The notes below the pieces were generated by a model. That model saw nothing but the letters and a program-made list of their open reading frames with translations, did not search any database and had not been told where the DNA came from. A DNA stretch of 54,421 bases, filler included, from Basidioascus undulatus (Eukaryota), in the NCBI GenBank assembly GCA_000826855.1. It is 3 parts of 3 records of this genome, joined end to end, with 100 filler letters (N's around TTAATTAATTAA, not from the genome) between each part and the next. Parts side by side here need not be neighbours in the genome. Positions count along the whole stretch, not along the records: positions 36,352 to 54,421 come from JTLS01000489.1; 2 more parts are not named here. One strand, given 5' to 3'. This document shows positions 39,461 to 52,431 of the stretch, piece after piece. The position numbers were made by a program, and so were the translations under genes. The number at the start of each line of letters is the position of its first letter. The stretch's first letter is position 1.

Positions 39461-41494
39461 CTAAGCGCCCGACAACCAAATCAAATGGCTAGCCATCGCC
39501 CCCTCGGCCAACTGCGTCCTCGCAATCTCCTCAAACCGTTCTCCATCCCAGCCCAAAATCAGGATCAAGCCCTGCTCGTCGTCCGTCAGACTGTCCCGCC
39601 CCCCACACTCCCCATCAGCCCCCAGGAAAGAAAGAAGGACAGGAGGAAGGGACGGAGATAGCGGACCTGATGTATTCAATCTTCTGAACCTCCCCCGCAA
39701 AAGGCGCCACCTCAATAGCGTTCGCCTTCCCCCCGCTCGTAGGGGTCTCGTACGTCGCGGTCGGGTGATAGCTCTCCAGGTACCCCTCCGAGTCGAGTTT
39801 CCACGCGCTGACGAACCCGCGCGTCGAGGGCGAGCCCCCGCGGGTGGAGGCGAAGAGGTGGGTTCCGGACAGGGAGAGCTTGAGGGTGTCACCGCGGAAG
39901 GAGTGCGGGTCACGGCCTGCGGGAGGGGGGTGTGAGGAGGGAGAATAGGGAGGAGGAGGGAGAGGGGAAGGGAAAAGGGAGGGAGAGGGGAGATGGGAGA
40001 GGCTGAGAGGACAGGGGGGAGAGGTTGGGCAGGAACACGCACCGATGGGGATGATAGAGGCGGATTGGCGCCATTTCAGAGAGGTGGGGAGGACTTCGTA
40101 GACGTCGACGAAAGAAGCTTCGGGTGGAGCAAGGGCAAGTGCGTCAGTTACTTCCCTCGGGCATGCCTCCCACTCGAAGGACAGCGAGACGCACTGTGCT
40201 CAGTCACCTGTCTCCCGCGGCCGTTGTCAGTTTCTATCAAAGTGACAAGGAGAAGCGCCTGTCGACCCACTGCATAAACAAGCTTCCCGTCCTTGCTCGG
40301 CACGTTGTGCCGCGGCGCGTCATGCGGGCGGGGCGACTTGTTCTCGGACAGGAACTTGAGCGTGCCCTCCGGCTCGTTGACAGAGTACATCCAGATCGAG
40401 TTGCCGCCGCTACCCAATGCATCCTCGGATCAGCTGTCTTTTCCATGGCCGAGGGGAGAGGGCATGGCTGGTGCATGGGTGAAGAGAGTGGATGGGGGAA
40501 GGGGAAGGGGAGGACGCACAGGTCAGGAACGAACGCTTGCCCTTGGGAGGAAAGGTCCACGCCGTGGGAGCCGTAGCGCTGGACGGGGTGGAAAGAGGGG
40601 ATGGAGGGGTTGAGTACGGGGAGTGGGATGGAGAGATGGGAGGGGAGGAAAGAACGATGGACGACCCACGAGCGCTTTGCGGGTCTTGTCGGCCTGCTCG
40701 AGCTGGTCCTCGGGCACGTAGATGAGCTCTTGGAGCTTCTTCCCGAAGCCGCCCGTGGTTTCGTCGATGGCGTGCACCTCTGCACCGGGTGTGAAGAATG
40801 AGCGGGTGTTCGAGGTGGAGAGTAAGGGGGCGCGGGGGTCTAAGACGAAAAAGGGTAAAGGCGACGCACCGCCTGTCGGCCCCCCAGCGGAGTAGATCGC
40901 CCTATCCGTCGCGAAGACATAGCTGCTCGTCGCCGCTACCCTGCCCACCCCTCAGCCTCTCTCCCACTCCCTCCCCTCCACGGCAGCACGTACTGATGTT
41001 CGCGTTGTTCACCAAGCGCAGGACCGGCGCCGCGTCGGGCGCAGCCTGCTCGACGGCCCAGCTCGAGAGCGTCGGCGGCCACGCCCACGTCGTCGCGTAC
41101 ACGCGATCGCGCGCGGCGTTGGAACACAGGTACTGGTGCGGGCCTTGCGCGTCCGTCTTGCCCGCTACGGTGAGCGTGCGCGCGAGCGGGTCGAAAGCGA
41201 GCGTGTAGAGCGCGATGGTGTTGAACGTGCCTGGGGGGCGGTCCTCTTCAGACTATTTCCTCTCCTCATGCTCGCTTCTAGGGTGTGAAGGCGCACCGGT
41301 GAGAAGGAACTTCACGGCGCTGCCGAAGGAAGGCACAGCGCCGAGCGGGAACTGGCCCGCAACGCCCACAGCGGCTGCGGCGCCGGCCTAGTGACAACAC
41401 CTAAGCTCAGTCCTACACATTCCACCATCGATACGCTGGGAACTCGTACGAGAGTTGCGTTAGCTGCCATGATGAATGTGAGGGTTGTGAACAT
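39461..41494 (-). CDS. beta-propeller lactonase / carboxy-cis,cis-muconate cyclase-like protein, multi-exon
   Basis: KFLLT|GTFNTIALYTLAFDP, RVYATTWAWPPTLSSW, ATSSYV...YSAGGPTG, L|RYGSHGVD, VPDL|GGNSIWMY, DAPRH, VTEH, FRGDTLK...LFASTRG, TPTSGGKANAIE, LTDDEQG, ASHLIWL. The first exon (start 41494 or 41470) is inferred. Confidence 0.8.
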
Positions 41495-44093
41495 CGAAGG
41501 GGATCAACGACGAAGGGAGGGGATTCCCACGAACTGAGAAGGGGCGGGGCGGGTCTTCGATGATCCGGGCCGGTCGGTGCCTGAAGATGAACGCAGTCTG
41601 CTGTTTCCACGTCTTTCGTCTGGGACATCCACGCGCTCATAGCGTGGTTTGACTGTATTCCATGGCATGCGAAACCATGGGCAAGAGCCTTCGAAGCTCT
41701 GCTAGCCGCGAGGAGGAAGAAGACGCATCAAGTGCCGGGCAGCATCATCCGACCATATGCATGCAGTCTGCTGTTTTCTTGCGAGGGTGTCGTGACTTGT
41801 TGAAAATGGTCCCACTGCACCTACCAGAATGTTTGGTTACCGCAAAGCCAAAGGTAGAGTGGGTTCTGGTCCAGCTCTATCGGATCTTCTACAGCCTGCG
41901 ATATCTATGCATTGGCAACGCCGATGGCATGGTTTGGTTCGTCCGTGCCACCTAGACACGACAGAATACGTACAAAAAGCTCCCTGCATTGTCCTAGGGT
42001 GTCAAGGGTCTCCTGGTGTCCGGCAGAAGAGTGTGCATGCCCGACAACCATGGACAGTGCAGCCCACGAAACACTTAGCTCGGTTACTCTCAGGAGTGCA
42101 CACCGCGTTCCCTTTGGTATTGGCCTGTTATTGATACATGAATTAAGGGCTGTGTTCTTAATGTTACCAGCAGCTTCGGTTACATAGATCCCTTGAGATG
42201 AAGTGGGACATGCAGCCGTGTTGAAGTTGATGACAGCTCGCTCTCCTATAGCGTGAAGCCCTAACGCGGACTCACGAGAACGGGTAGAGCCCCCTGGATT
42301 TTCTTTCAAGGCTGAGAGGTTCAAGCCCCCAAACTTCGTTCAAGGCAGGCAACTCGCCGCTCACGAACCTCGCTGTCGTCTCGCAAAACGATTGACAGAC
42401 CCGGGGCTACTGCTTTCACACTACCGCAGCTTGCCATTCGCGAGGTTCAAATGCAACGGTTCGTCTCACGGTAAGCTACATTTTAGCACAGTGTGAGGGT
42501 CATTGCCACGTTGAACCCAATAGGCAAACTACACGGGAAAAAGGGTGATTTGCAACTGCAGACGCTCAAAGTGCATCTGTGGTTCAAGGAGCATCAATTA
42601 AAAGGACTAATTAAACATTCTAAATTATTCGGTTCAAGATATAGATACTTCTATAAGGCGATCTTTCGGACCAACGACCAGTTGCTTACACAAGAGCCAG
42701 AGCGCAACCCTCCGAAAGTCTGTCAGTGCTTGCCGCCTGTGCTAATCACCACTATTGGCTTTAGGAAAGTTAAGGGTCTGGAATTGTCTAGATCATAACA
42801 ATGGATTGTAGGTGTCAAGGGGAACACCAGGATCCCGTCTGAGCTGCCGGCGACGCTTGCCATTTTCCGGTGAGCCTCATCCGGTCTCCCAGAGGGTGAA
42901 TGAAAGTCCACCTCACATTGGTTTCTTTGGAAAAATAGAATTGAGATATGAACGTTGTAACCTCAGCAGAAGTATGGCCAAGCTTCCAGTTCTGGGTCGC
43001 ATGGGCAACAAGCCTTAACAGCACCCGCAACTCCACGTGTCATACATGTGGCCCTCATACCTTGACTCTGAAGCACTCACATATGTCTCTAAATCATTTC
43101 TAAATCTCTAAGGCAGAAATGCCACAGATTTGACTCCGTCCGACCGCAGCACAAGTTGTGCGAAGCCAAGTCGCCTCCTGTGCGCTGGCGCTCGCGCCTT
43201 GCCAGCGATCTTCTTTGAATAATTAACCGTCTGCATGGAAATTCGTGTCAGATTACTTCTCAAGTACCACGATGCTGACGTTGAGAGAGCGGTCTTTCTT
43301 GCCGTTATAGCTTCGACAGTATCAGAAACATCCAGGTGCTGCCCGCTTCTGCACTGTAGGGGACCACCCTTGGGGATGCTCATGGGCTCCCTCGCATCGC
43401 TGCTAAGACGTTTGTGAACGATGTGCGGTCGGCGCAGGTTGCGACGCTGGTTGAGCTTGGCTGAGCACTTGTGGGACGGCGATGGGGTGCATGGCTGATG
43501 ATTTTGATGAGATTGAGAGCGGTGTGACTGATTTGGTACCCGAAAATCATTGATGCATTTGACAGAACGGTTCCTCTGGCGTGCAACGTTGTGCGGTATT
43601 GGCAAATTGAATTACTGAAGTTGGAAAGCGCTCATGGGCTGCGGGTGCCCTTTGGCTTCACATACTAGATCACTGGTTTCACCATAAAAAAACAGGCAAA
43701 TAGTTCCTGTAAACTTTACATAGGCCTTTTGCCCTGTCCACCCCCTTGAAGCGACAAGCTTCTTCACGCTGCTACGCAACATTCAGGCGACTGTTTCCAA
43801 CCCTCGCCTTCGCTGCATACAACACTTTCGGGAGAGTAGTCAACGGAGCGCCTTTAAATGCTTCAGATCCACACGAGAACCTCCCCTCGGCTTTCGGTCC
43901 GCCGTCCTAGCTTTCCGCAAGGCGCTCACAGGCCGCAGTCCGCATCTGGGGATGCGAGCCGCAGCCCGAAAGCTTGTATTCACCATGCAGTGAATTCGAT
44001 GAATCCGAAAGATCCAGTATCATCTCCGTTGTTGGTATAGGGTGTTTCGAGCTCCTCGACAACCTCTCGGCGCCATAACAGCGAATGTTCAGC

Positions 44094-45462
44094 TCAGGCC
44101 AGGCCCAATCCCGCGTTGACCACCACATTCTCTCCCTGTAGAAGTCATTCCGAGTCAGCTGGTTCTTCAAAACTCTTCCTCTAACTAGCCTCATTCAAGC
44201 GCACCGTCATGCTCTCGTTGCGGAGAATCATCACTGATGTCGGACCGACACATCAGCTTCGGGACGCCCTCTCTAAGGTGGAGACAAACACGTACCAGCC
44301 ATCTCCGCCAAGTCATCCAGGTCCGAGGCCTTTTTGAGGGCCGCGCCGCTAATGAAGCGCTCAATTTGCTCGGGCGTGAAGCCTTCGTTGGCCCAGTCCT
44401 ACAGCGAGCGCGGGTCAGCAGGTTAGCTGGCGGGCGGAGCGAAAGGACGACAAGACGAACCGTGAGGATGAGGCCTGGCGACAAGATGTTGACCCGAATG
44501 TTCTTCGGTCCACAAGCTCGAGCGAGAGACTTCCCAAGGTGGATCGTCGCGGCCTTGCTAACAGCTACAGGCGAAAAGAAAAGGTGTGTGCATGGCATGT
44601 GGTGTCGAGGAGCGGGTGCGGCGTACAGTATGGCTTTTGCAGTGTGATGAAAACGGTTGAAGTGAGCTTGTAAGGCATACGGGAAAGTGGCGTAGCGAGG
44701 AGGATCAACGGACCATGCTGCTTCCTGCCGGGTTCAGGCCTGCGATGCTTGCGGTGAGCAGGAAGCTGCCTGTGCTCGGGCGCGTCAGCAACAATTTGAG
44801 AAATGCGGTATCGTTATGCAATGTGTTGGAGACCTTTGTTAGCAGACAACTCGTCTTGCAGCGCTTGCATGATCCACAGGTGGCTCTTCACGTTCGCAGC
44901 GTAGGTCCTGTCCCAGGTAGCGTCGTCGAGAGCGTCTAAATGTATATATTATGCCAGTAGGCTGTTGTCAGTGATGCCAGTAAGCTGTTGTCAGTGATGC
45001 CAGAAAGCAAGATCAAGCGCACTGATATCCTGCGGGTGCGAACAAGCGTTAGCGGCTCCGGAGGCGTCGATGACCTGCGCAGTTCAAAAGAAACGCACAT
45101 AGAAGTCTGCGAAAGCTGTCCAGCCCGCATTGCTTCAACAGAGATAAAAAGTTCAGCAAGTTATACACGGTCCACTTCAGTTAGAGCGTGGCGCACGATG
45201 CCACAAGGTCGATGCCGCCCAGAGCCTCCTTCGCCGCCTTGCACACGCCTACCGCGCCATCGCGCGAGAACACGTCTCCCTGTACAAGCACATGTCCCTC
45301 GCCCTCCAGCGATCGAAGCGTGTCCTCGGCGGCGGCCTTGTTATTTGCGTAGTTGATAGCGCAGCGCACGCCGTGGGACGAGAGCAGGAGCGCGATCGAG
45401 CGGCCGAGACCGCGAGAAGAGGCGGTGATGAGTGCGCGTTTGCCAGTGAGCGAAGCAGGCAT
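44094..45462 (-). CDS. short-chain dehydrogenase/reductase (FabG-like), multi-exon
   Basis: LTGKRALITASSRGLGRSIA, GGIDLVASNAGW, TASIAG, catalytic YSVSK, IRVNILSPGLILT, MT|GENVVVNAGLGLA*. Confidence 0.9.
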
Positions 45463-46059
45463 GATGCTGTAAAGCGTGAGTGTGATAGAAAGGAGGAGAT
45501 CCGGCGAGGGAAAGATGATGGTTGGAGACAAGTGAGACGCATCGAGAGCCAGGACCGCCGGCTCGGTAGCGTGCCGGGGCGGGACGCCGGTGCAACCCCG
45601 ACAGTCGACGCGCAGACTAGCATGCTGCGAGCACTGAATGTTAGCACATTTGTTGACCTCCAATAAACCTGTTGAAGAGTGCGGCATTTGTAAGACATAA
45701 ATGAAAGTGCCCAGTTTTGATATATCAAAGCTTAAGTGGAACTGCTTAGGAGTACCTTCCGGGAAACAACTGCCATCTTCTTTGGTTACTTCCGTACCTG
45801 TATGTTCCAAATGACATAGTAGCTTAGCGTAATTTGTACAAGGCGGACCAAGATTCACTTCGGCGCGGTCAGATGCCTATAGCAATCGGCAGCGGCTAGT
45901 ATGTAGGAGCTGCTAAGGTGACGGTGTTCTGTGATCCTGCTTGCCAGCGCAGAGGTTGCATACTGATGGAGAAGTTACCACCGATATGTTGTAGTTTCCC
46001 AAAAGTTCAAGCCACGGTACCGAGGCTCCGCAGTGACCTCACAGAGCAGCAAAAAGGCA

Positions 46060-46144
46060 AGGTTCATCTGGGGTTCGAACCCAGGTTGTCGGAAATTTGC
46101 ACGAAATCAAAATCCGAAGTACTAAACCGCTATACTAATGAACC
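46060..46144 (-). tRNA. tRNA-Gln(TTG) with 12-nt intron, copy 1
   Basis: Reverse complement GGTTCAT TA GTAT AGCGGTTTA GTAC T TCGGA TT TTG A [tttcgtgcaaat] T TCCGA CAAC CTGGG TTCGAAC CCCAG ATGAACC T. Confidence 0.92.
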
Positions 46145-46454
46145 TTCTCTATATTGAAGATTATAGTTATATATGTCGGTTCCTCGCTTCGCCGTCGATG
46201 CAAGCTGAGTGAACCGTGCAGGGGAGTGACTTCGATATAGATGCAGCAGTGCCAGCTCCCACCATTTTATACACGAGAGTATGAAAGGGACTATTCGAGT
46301 GAAGGGGGGAGTGTTCATGAAAGGATGGCATGAAAGGACTGCGAGCCACTAAGCGATGAAAGGGTTCAGCGGGTGTCAACCGTCAAAGTGGTGTCAAAGA
46401 CTAGATCGGCCTCTCAATCTCCAACACTCTATGGGTATTAGCCGGGAGTACTTT

Positions 46455-46637
46455 GTGATACCGGAAACATCTGAGCTTTGGCCTTGACTTAAAATGTAGA
46501 ACAATCCAAAAATAGTGGGGAGTGGCTTAAGGTCCCAGGAATGTGTGGGCGGGTGAGGCAAGGTGATGTGGGCAGGAAAGCTTAAAGTGAGGCCCAATCA
46601 ATGAGCTCTGGGAGCGCTCATGGCATTATAGAGTGAA
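46455..46637. repeat. diverged direct repeat, copy 1 (partner 48399-48571)
   Basis: Shared anchors in the same order: gtgataccg-aaacatctgag, aaaaa-agtgg, cccaggaatgtgt, ggtgatg-gggcagga-agct-aaagtgaggc, atagagtgaa. Confidence 0.8.
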
Positions 46638-46735
46638 AGCCTCCTGCAGATTGAAAGGCATACCAGAGGCTCCATGTACTCCCAAAGTTACCTTCTTCTC
46701 TGCCCGTCATCTTCTCATCCTCCTTCGATTGCATC

Positions 46736-47195
46736 ATGGCGGGCAGCTACTCATCTTCGAGATACGGGCTGTAGAGCCCAATTGAATCTCTATCGAATAA
46801 AAGGACGACCCCGGTCACCCTCGGGCTGAACGTCTACGAGGCACTCAACGGGGACAGGCTCGCTGTGTCCTACAATCCTAATCAGGTCGTTTGGGAGTGG
46901 ATGTGGGGAGGCCGCTGTGGCGCAGTGAGTCCCTTCACCTTTTCCTTTCTACCCTGCGCACCTGAACGCCCAGTATCTCGCGATTTCGGAACAAGTGGAC
47001 ACAGACGAGAAGGGCAAGACGCAGGTGCAAACGGGGGCGTTCGAGGCGAGCGTATCAATCTGCCCGGGGCGGTACAAGGGTCCAATTGACGTTGCACTCT
47101 GGGGTGGGCGGCACTCAGTGCTTTTGTGTCGGCCATTGCGTCTGAGGGGCTGCAGCGCGTGAACCCAGACGAAATCGTGAGTGCAGGCCCCGTAG
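46736..47195 (+). pseudogene. internally deleted, inverted paralogue of the carrier-like gene at 51375-52431
   Basis: Collinear nucleotide matches: gacaggctcgc-gtgt-ctacaatcctaa, gtcgtttgggagtg, ggcgttcgaggcgagcgt, gggtgggcggcact-ag, gtgcaggc-ccgtaggagaggag. Roughly 0.5 kb of the middle is missing. Confidence 0.8.
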
Positions 47196-47653
47196 GAGAG
47201 GAGCTACGAGCTGCATCGGACTCGTATAGCATGTTCGTTTCCCTTCGGAGCGCAGAGGGTCCTACAGTCGACGTTCCGAGCACCAGAACACGTGCATTGA
47301 CAACAACGCTGTCCGACTTTTCAATTCACACAATCAGCGTGCGCACAAGACGCGCTTCCTCTCTCGCCATAGGTAGCGGTATCGGGGCTTCACGCGACTT
47401 ATGTATTCCACGCTGCACAACCTGGGTGGTGTGACTGGGAGTTGCAGGTATTTATTGTCGGAAGTTAATGGGACTGGGAAATCAGGGTATCGGAAGCGCT
47501 ATGTCCTTGCAGTTTCCCTTTTGAGCGGGCCTGTTAGTCGAGTCGCTGGCTTTCGATTCAAAGGGCAGGTGGCGAGGTAAAGGAGACTGCGCTCAAACAA
47601 GCCCTGCCCAGTGAAAATTTGTGCCTCTTGCACCTACCAGAGCAGCAAAAGCA

Positions 47654-47738
47654 AGGTTCATCTGGGGTTCGAACCCAGGTTGTCGGAAATTTTTATGAAA
47701 TCAAAATCCGAAGTACTAAACCTCTATACTAATGAACC
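47654..47738 (-). tRNA. tRNA-Gln(TTG) with 12-nt intron, copy 2
   Basis: Same 85-nt gene as 46060-46144, apart from one D-loop base and three intron bases. Confidence 0.92.
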
Positions 47739-48398
47739 TATAGCAAGGCTGAAAATATCGTCACTTACGAAAGAGCGTTCCAAACCGAGGCCGAGAGCCA
47801 GGAAGGCGAGCGAAAGAGCGAGGAGTAGGGCGGCGAGGGAGCTGCGCGCATGTCGTATGAGGCTTGTGGTTGATGTTGTTGGCGGTAGAAAACAGGGTTA
47901 CAGGGTGAATCAGATTATGCTACCTCCGAAAGAGCGAAGGGGAGCGAGGCGGAGGACAAGGGTTGGGTTCTGAGATGGAGACTGACGCGGTGTTTCTTTC
48001 GGTTGGAAAATGCATGCGGTGGAGAAACAGTCCATGGATGGTAGTCAACCTGCGGAGATAAGGAACATGAGATTGCAGTGAAAGTGTGAGCGAAAGAGCA
48101 GGGAGCACCCTGGTGGTGAGAGAGTAGAGGAGATATTTAGTATTTGTGAAGACCGGACGTAGTTGTACAGGCAGTGAGTCAGAGGGTTGGAGGATGAGCA
48201 GCAGGGGGTGACCGGTGAGAGGGGAGGTTGGCCCCTGCGCTTGGCGCTTGGGTGTGCTGTATGCTGTGTACCATGGAGTTTCTTGGACCTTCTTTCAAAA
48301 TGCAAGTAGACGATTGAAGATTCCACGGGGGAGCAGCACACAGGCTGAATGCGTGTTGAATGTAGGTTGACGCACGCTGCAGCCTGGGTCACTCTGCA

Positions 48399-48571
48399 GT
48401 GATACCGAAAACATCTGAGGTTCAATCTTGACCTAAGTGCTAAGATATTCTAAAAACAGTGGCGCAGGGCTTGAGGGCCCAGGAATGTGTTGGCGAGCAA
48501 GGCGAGGTGATGCGGGCAGGATAGCTCAAAGTGAGGCGGGTGCCGTTGGTGCTGGGAGCCGATAGAGTGAA
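48399..48571. repeat. diverged direct repeat, copy 2 (partner 46455-46637)
   Basis: Same anchors as copy 1. Confidence 0.8.
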
Positions 48572-51374
48572 CTATAGAGTCTTTTTAAACCCTCTTACAC
48601 GAATCTTTTCCAGGACGGCCAGGGTTCCAGCTTTGACTGGGATCTTCGGTGTGAGAAGACGCGCCGTATTAGTCAAGACTTTCTCGTTGGTTATGAACCT
48701 TCCATGATCCCGAGTGAAATTAGGGCAGGGACGTCCAAAATAATAACGATACCTGAGGAAGAGAAAGTACAGGTGCTCTGCGCTTTGCGATAGCTTGGAC
48801 CGAAAGCACTCAGCCGTTCGCCCGCTGGGACCCCCGAACTGAACTGTTAGAGTTTTCGTGTAGATGTGTCCTTGTTGCTCCGAGGCAGGGAAGAACAGCT
48901 TCTTAATCGTCACGTCCTAATATGGAGAAGCTGGAGCACTTACCCAAGTGCGACAAATTGGCTATCTGACATCACCAGCACTCCTTACAGACGATATGAG
49001 GTAGACTCCGCTGAGGGACCCCAATCCAGTTTCAGAGCGTGAAAAATAGTATGATAGGTAACCCGGCCGTCATTTAATACACCGGAGCAAAATCGAAATG
49101 CTCCACGGCAGTTGCAGACTTTTCAGCCCTGTGTCCTCTGACGGAGTGTTTATTCACGTCCTGTACATAATTGGCAGCCTTTCACAGCAAACTTCACACA
49201 AATGGGTGCACTAGAGGTCTCATAAAACATTTTCAAGGTGGAGGAGCACCGACGGGCGAGGTAAAGCAGGTCGTCGGCATCGATGAGCTCCTGCGACAGG
49301 GCGCCGATGTCGGTCATGCGGCTGAGCGACCGACTCGCGCTGCGACGAAGGAAGAATAGTTGGACAGGACGATCACGCACTCTCCGCCACTGATATCGGC
49401 GACGGACTGGCGTGAGTAGCCAACCTCGGCCTGGTTGACTTGCTTAAACGCGAGCGTCGCAAGGATGATAATCGCACACAGAGCCTCGTTACACAGACAC
49501 CAGCAAAATCCATGCAAAAGGGAGTGGTGCGCGATACTTCCCAACAGAGTCGTCTCATACAAGCTCGATACCTTTGGCGGTGAGCTGTACGGCGAGCTCA
49601 TGAGGCAGAATTTTGAACGGCTCCAGCAAGGCCTCCGATAAAGGATGCAAGCGAATACGCTTCAGTAAGGGAAAGCCAGCGCCATGTTTCAGTACAATCC
49701 GTATAGCCAGAACATTTAGCTCTTTTTTGCCAAAGAGCCTCAGTTCAGACAGTAAGGAGGGGAGGGCTTTCTCGAGAGGCTGGATAGGTCTTGTCGGGCC
49801 TTTCTTCTACAGACAAGAAAAGACGTATGGGCCTTGAAGGAGAGCGCAGAAGAGCTAGCCGTGCGCATGCCGGTTCTGGCAGTTTGCATCCGGGAATCAG
49901 TTCAAGCGACTATGTCGAGCCAGAACGTTCTTGATGACCCTGTTGACGCTGTGTAGTCTTGGAATACCTAAATGTGTTTGCAATTGCCTGACAGCGGGTG
50001 TCCAGGGCAAAACACATCCTCCCATTTATACCCCTGCAACTGGACGGCCGGCACCCTCGCCATGCACCCCTGCCAATACCGCCGCCCGTCACAACTCTCT
50101 ATCGTCGCCATGCATCTCGTGTGAGCATCCAAGTCGCTAGACCTCTACAGCTAAGCTCCCTCCTCACCAAGACATCTACAGATCACGGCTCGCCCCCCCA
50201 TCTTTTTCCCGCTATGGTACTCAACGAGCTAAGTTCCCCATCTTCCGCCTGGCGCCTCGTACTGGAAGTTCGCGGGCCGCAAACATTCTTGGCGAGGAAG
50301 AATCACTAGTTACACTGTCTTTAACTCAAGGGAAGGATAAGGAGGTCCCAGAGCTCTTTTGGAGGGCCCCCGCACTTGAAATGCGTACGGCGGCTTCCAG
50401 CAGACGAGGCGTCACCCCTCTTCGAGCATGTCGCTGGCTGATCGTTCTATCACCTACAGAGCTGGGATTGCGACAAGACAGCAAGATGTGGCAACGTCGT
50501 CCGGATTTACTTGCATTCCCCGCATGAGCTGCGGTGCCACGTTGAGGTGCGTTGGGGGCCTATACTTCTGGTTGCCGCTGATGGGAGGAACTGGTACGTG
50601 AAGCTTCCCCCAGGCAATCCCCCACATGAGCTGTAGAGTCGAGGTTGAAGGAGTTTCTGGAGGTGTGTCCTACGGTGCTATTCTCCGGGCCTAGACTGAG
50701 GAGCTGATGGCCACCCTCGTTCCCAGGCGACGTATGCGGCGGAGGGGTGTGAGACGTAGGGATTGGGACTTTCGCTTCACGCAGAGGAAAATCATAGAGC
50801 TATAGGAAACCGCCGCGGAATGTTTGAGCTCGTTGAGAACCGCCTCCAGTCTGATGTGGAGTCGTCGTCCGCTCTGGAAAGCATGCACACACAATCAAAG
50901 CGCTGATAGCGTGTGGCCCAATCGCTCTCTTTGCCTTTTGAATCTTGTTTTACACAAGCTATTGTGTATGTCCCTAGACGGTGCTAAGAGCTGAACGCAT
51001 CGAGCTGTGCTGCTGCACAAAACACCAATGTGCAGATCGGCTCAGGCTGCTAACCGGAAACTGCTCCATGTGCTCGTTGTTCCACTGTCAATTTGTCCCC
51101 GTTGCGCTCTCTATGAGCCAATACTGCTTTCAATGTGATGGAAATGGGTCAAACCACAGCGAAGTAGACTTGGGAGACATTTCCGATGAATCGGTCCCTG
51201 CACCATGCAGTCGAGCTTCAAGTCGCACGCTCTTCCCACCACCCTGTATATTCCAAACGCTTTTTTACCAGTTACTGGCTCGGCCCATCCCCTTGACTTT
51301 CAAACGATGCAGGAACAGGTGAAAAACAAGGGATTCATCTAGTTCGTTTCCCTCAGCGTCCATACCCTCCTCTC

Positions 51375-52431
51375 CTACGGCGCCTGCACCCCTTTGGCCC
51401 ATCCGACTGCCAGCTGCATTCCCTCCGACCAAACCGCCAGCCCAACAGCGCTTAGTGCCGCCCACCCAAAGACGGCCCACCCCGCCTCCCTGATTACAGA
51501 GCGCGCAACGTCCACCGCCCCCTCATACCGCCGCGGGCGCAGCGGCACGCTCGCCTCGAACGCCTCCGTCCGCGTCTGGGTCTGGCCCTTCTCGTCCTGT
51601 TCCGCCTCCTCCGCGGCCGCGAGGTAATGCGCGTTCAGGCGGGCGGCGATGACTGAAAGGGGGCTCCCAGCGACGGAGACAAGGGTGGTGCATAGAGGGT
51701 TGGGCGGGAAAGGCAGCAGCGCGCGGCCGAGAAAAGCGGCAAGCAGCTCGGTGAAAAGCTTGAAGGGCAGGTGCCTTTATAGGGTGATTGGGCGCGCGCG
51801 CTCGGCGGAGGAGAGGAGCGTTCGGCGCGGGGTGTGCGAGGGGAGGAGCATGTATCTGTGTAGGGGTGGAGGAGGTTCAGCTTTCCGGTTGCATATGGAT
51901 GCTTCGAGCGATGAGAATTAAGAACCTTACCGGAACGCGAGCACTTTCAGAGGCTCCAGAAGCGCACCGAGCCCCGTGTTCAAAACGAGCTCGAGCGCCC
52001 ACGCCCGCCAGGACTCGTCGAACCCGTCTGGCGGCCAGCGCCCGGTGATCTGCGCGATGTATATTGTGATGGTTGTGTATAGCGGAATGACGAGGACGGT
52101 ACCGGCGGCGACTTTGGGGTCGATGAGTAGGGAGTCAGGAAGTGTATGTGCCAATGCGGTACGGTAGAAAGTAAAGCTGAAGGTACGCACTGCGCCACAT
52201 CGGCCTCCCCACGTCCCGGGTTGCACACTCCCAAACGACTCGAAGCGGCGAGCGGCAATTCTCTCCCTTAGGATTGTAGAACACCGCGAGCCTGTCCGAA
52301 ATGATCGTCTAGTAGGCGCTCAGCCCCAGCCCCACAGTGACCGCGATCGCCCCTGCCGTTCGAAGAGACTGAATTGCTGCTCTGCAGGCGGGGCGAACTC
52401 AGCGATGGGGAGCGAGTAGCCGTTCCGCCAT
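51375..52431 (-). pseudogene. divergent mitochondrial-carrier-like membrane protein, pseudogene
   Basis: Carrier-like motifs EPLKVLAFR, SPLSVIAARL and RYEGAVDVARSVIREAGW, with an intron at 51856-51930. In-frame stops occur at 52309-52311 (TAG) and 51777-51779 (TAA in ITL*RHLP), and there is a frameshift just after the ATG. Confidence 0.65.
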
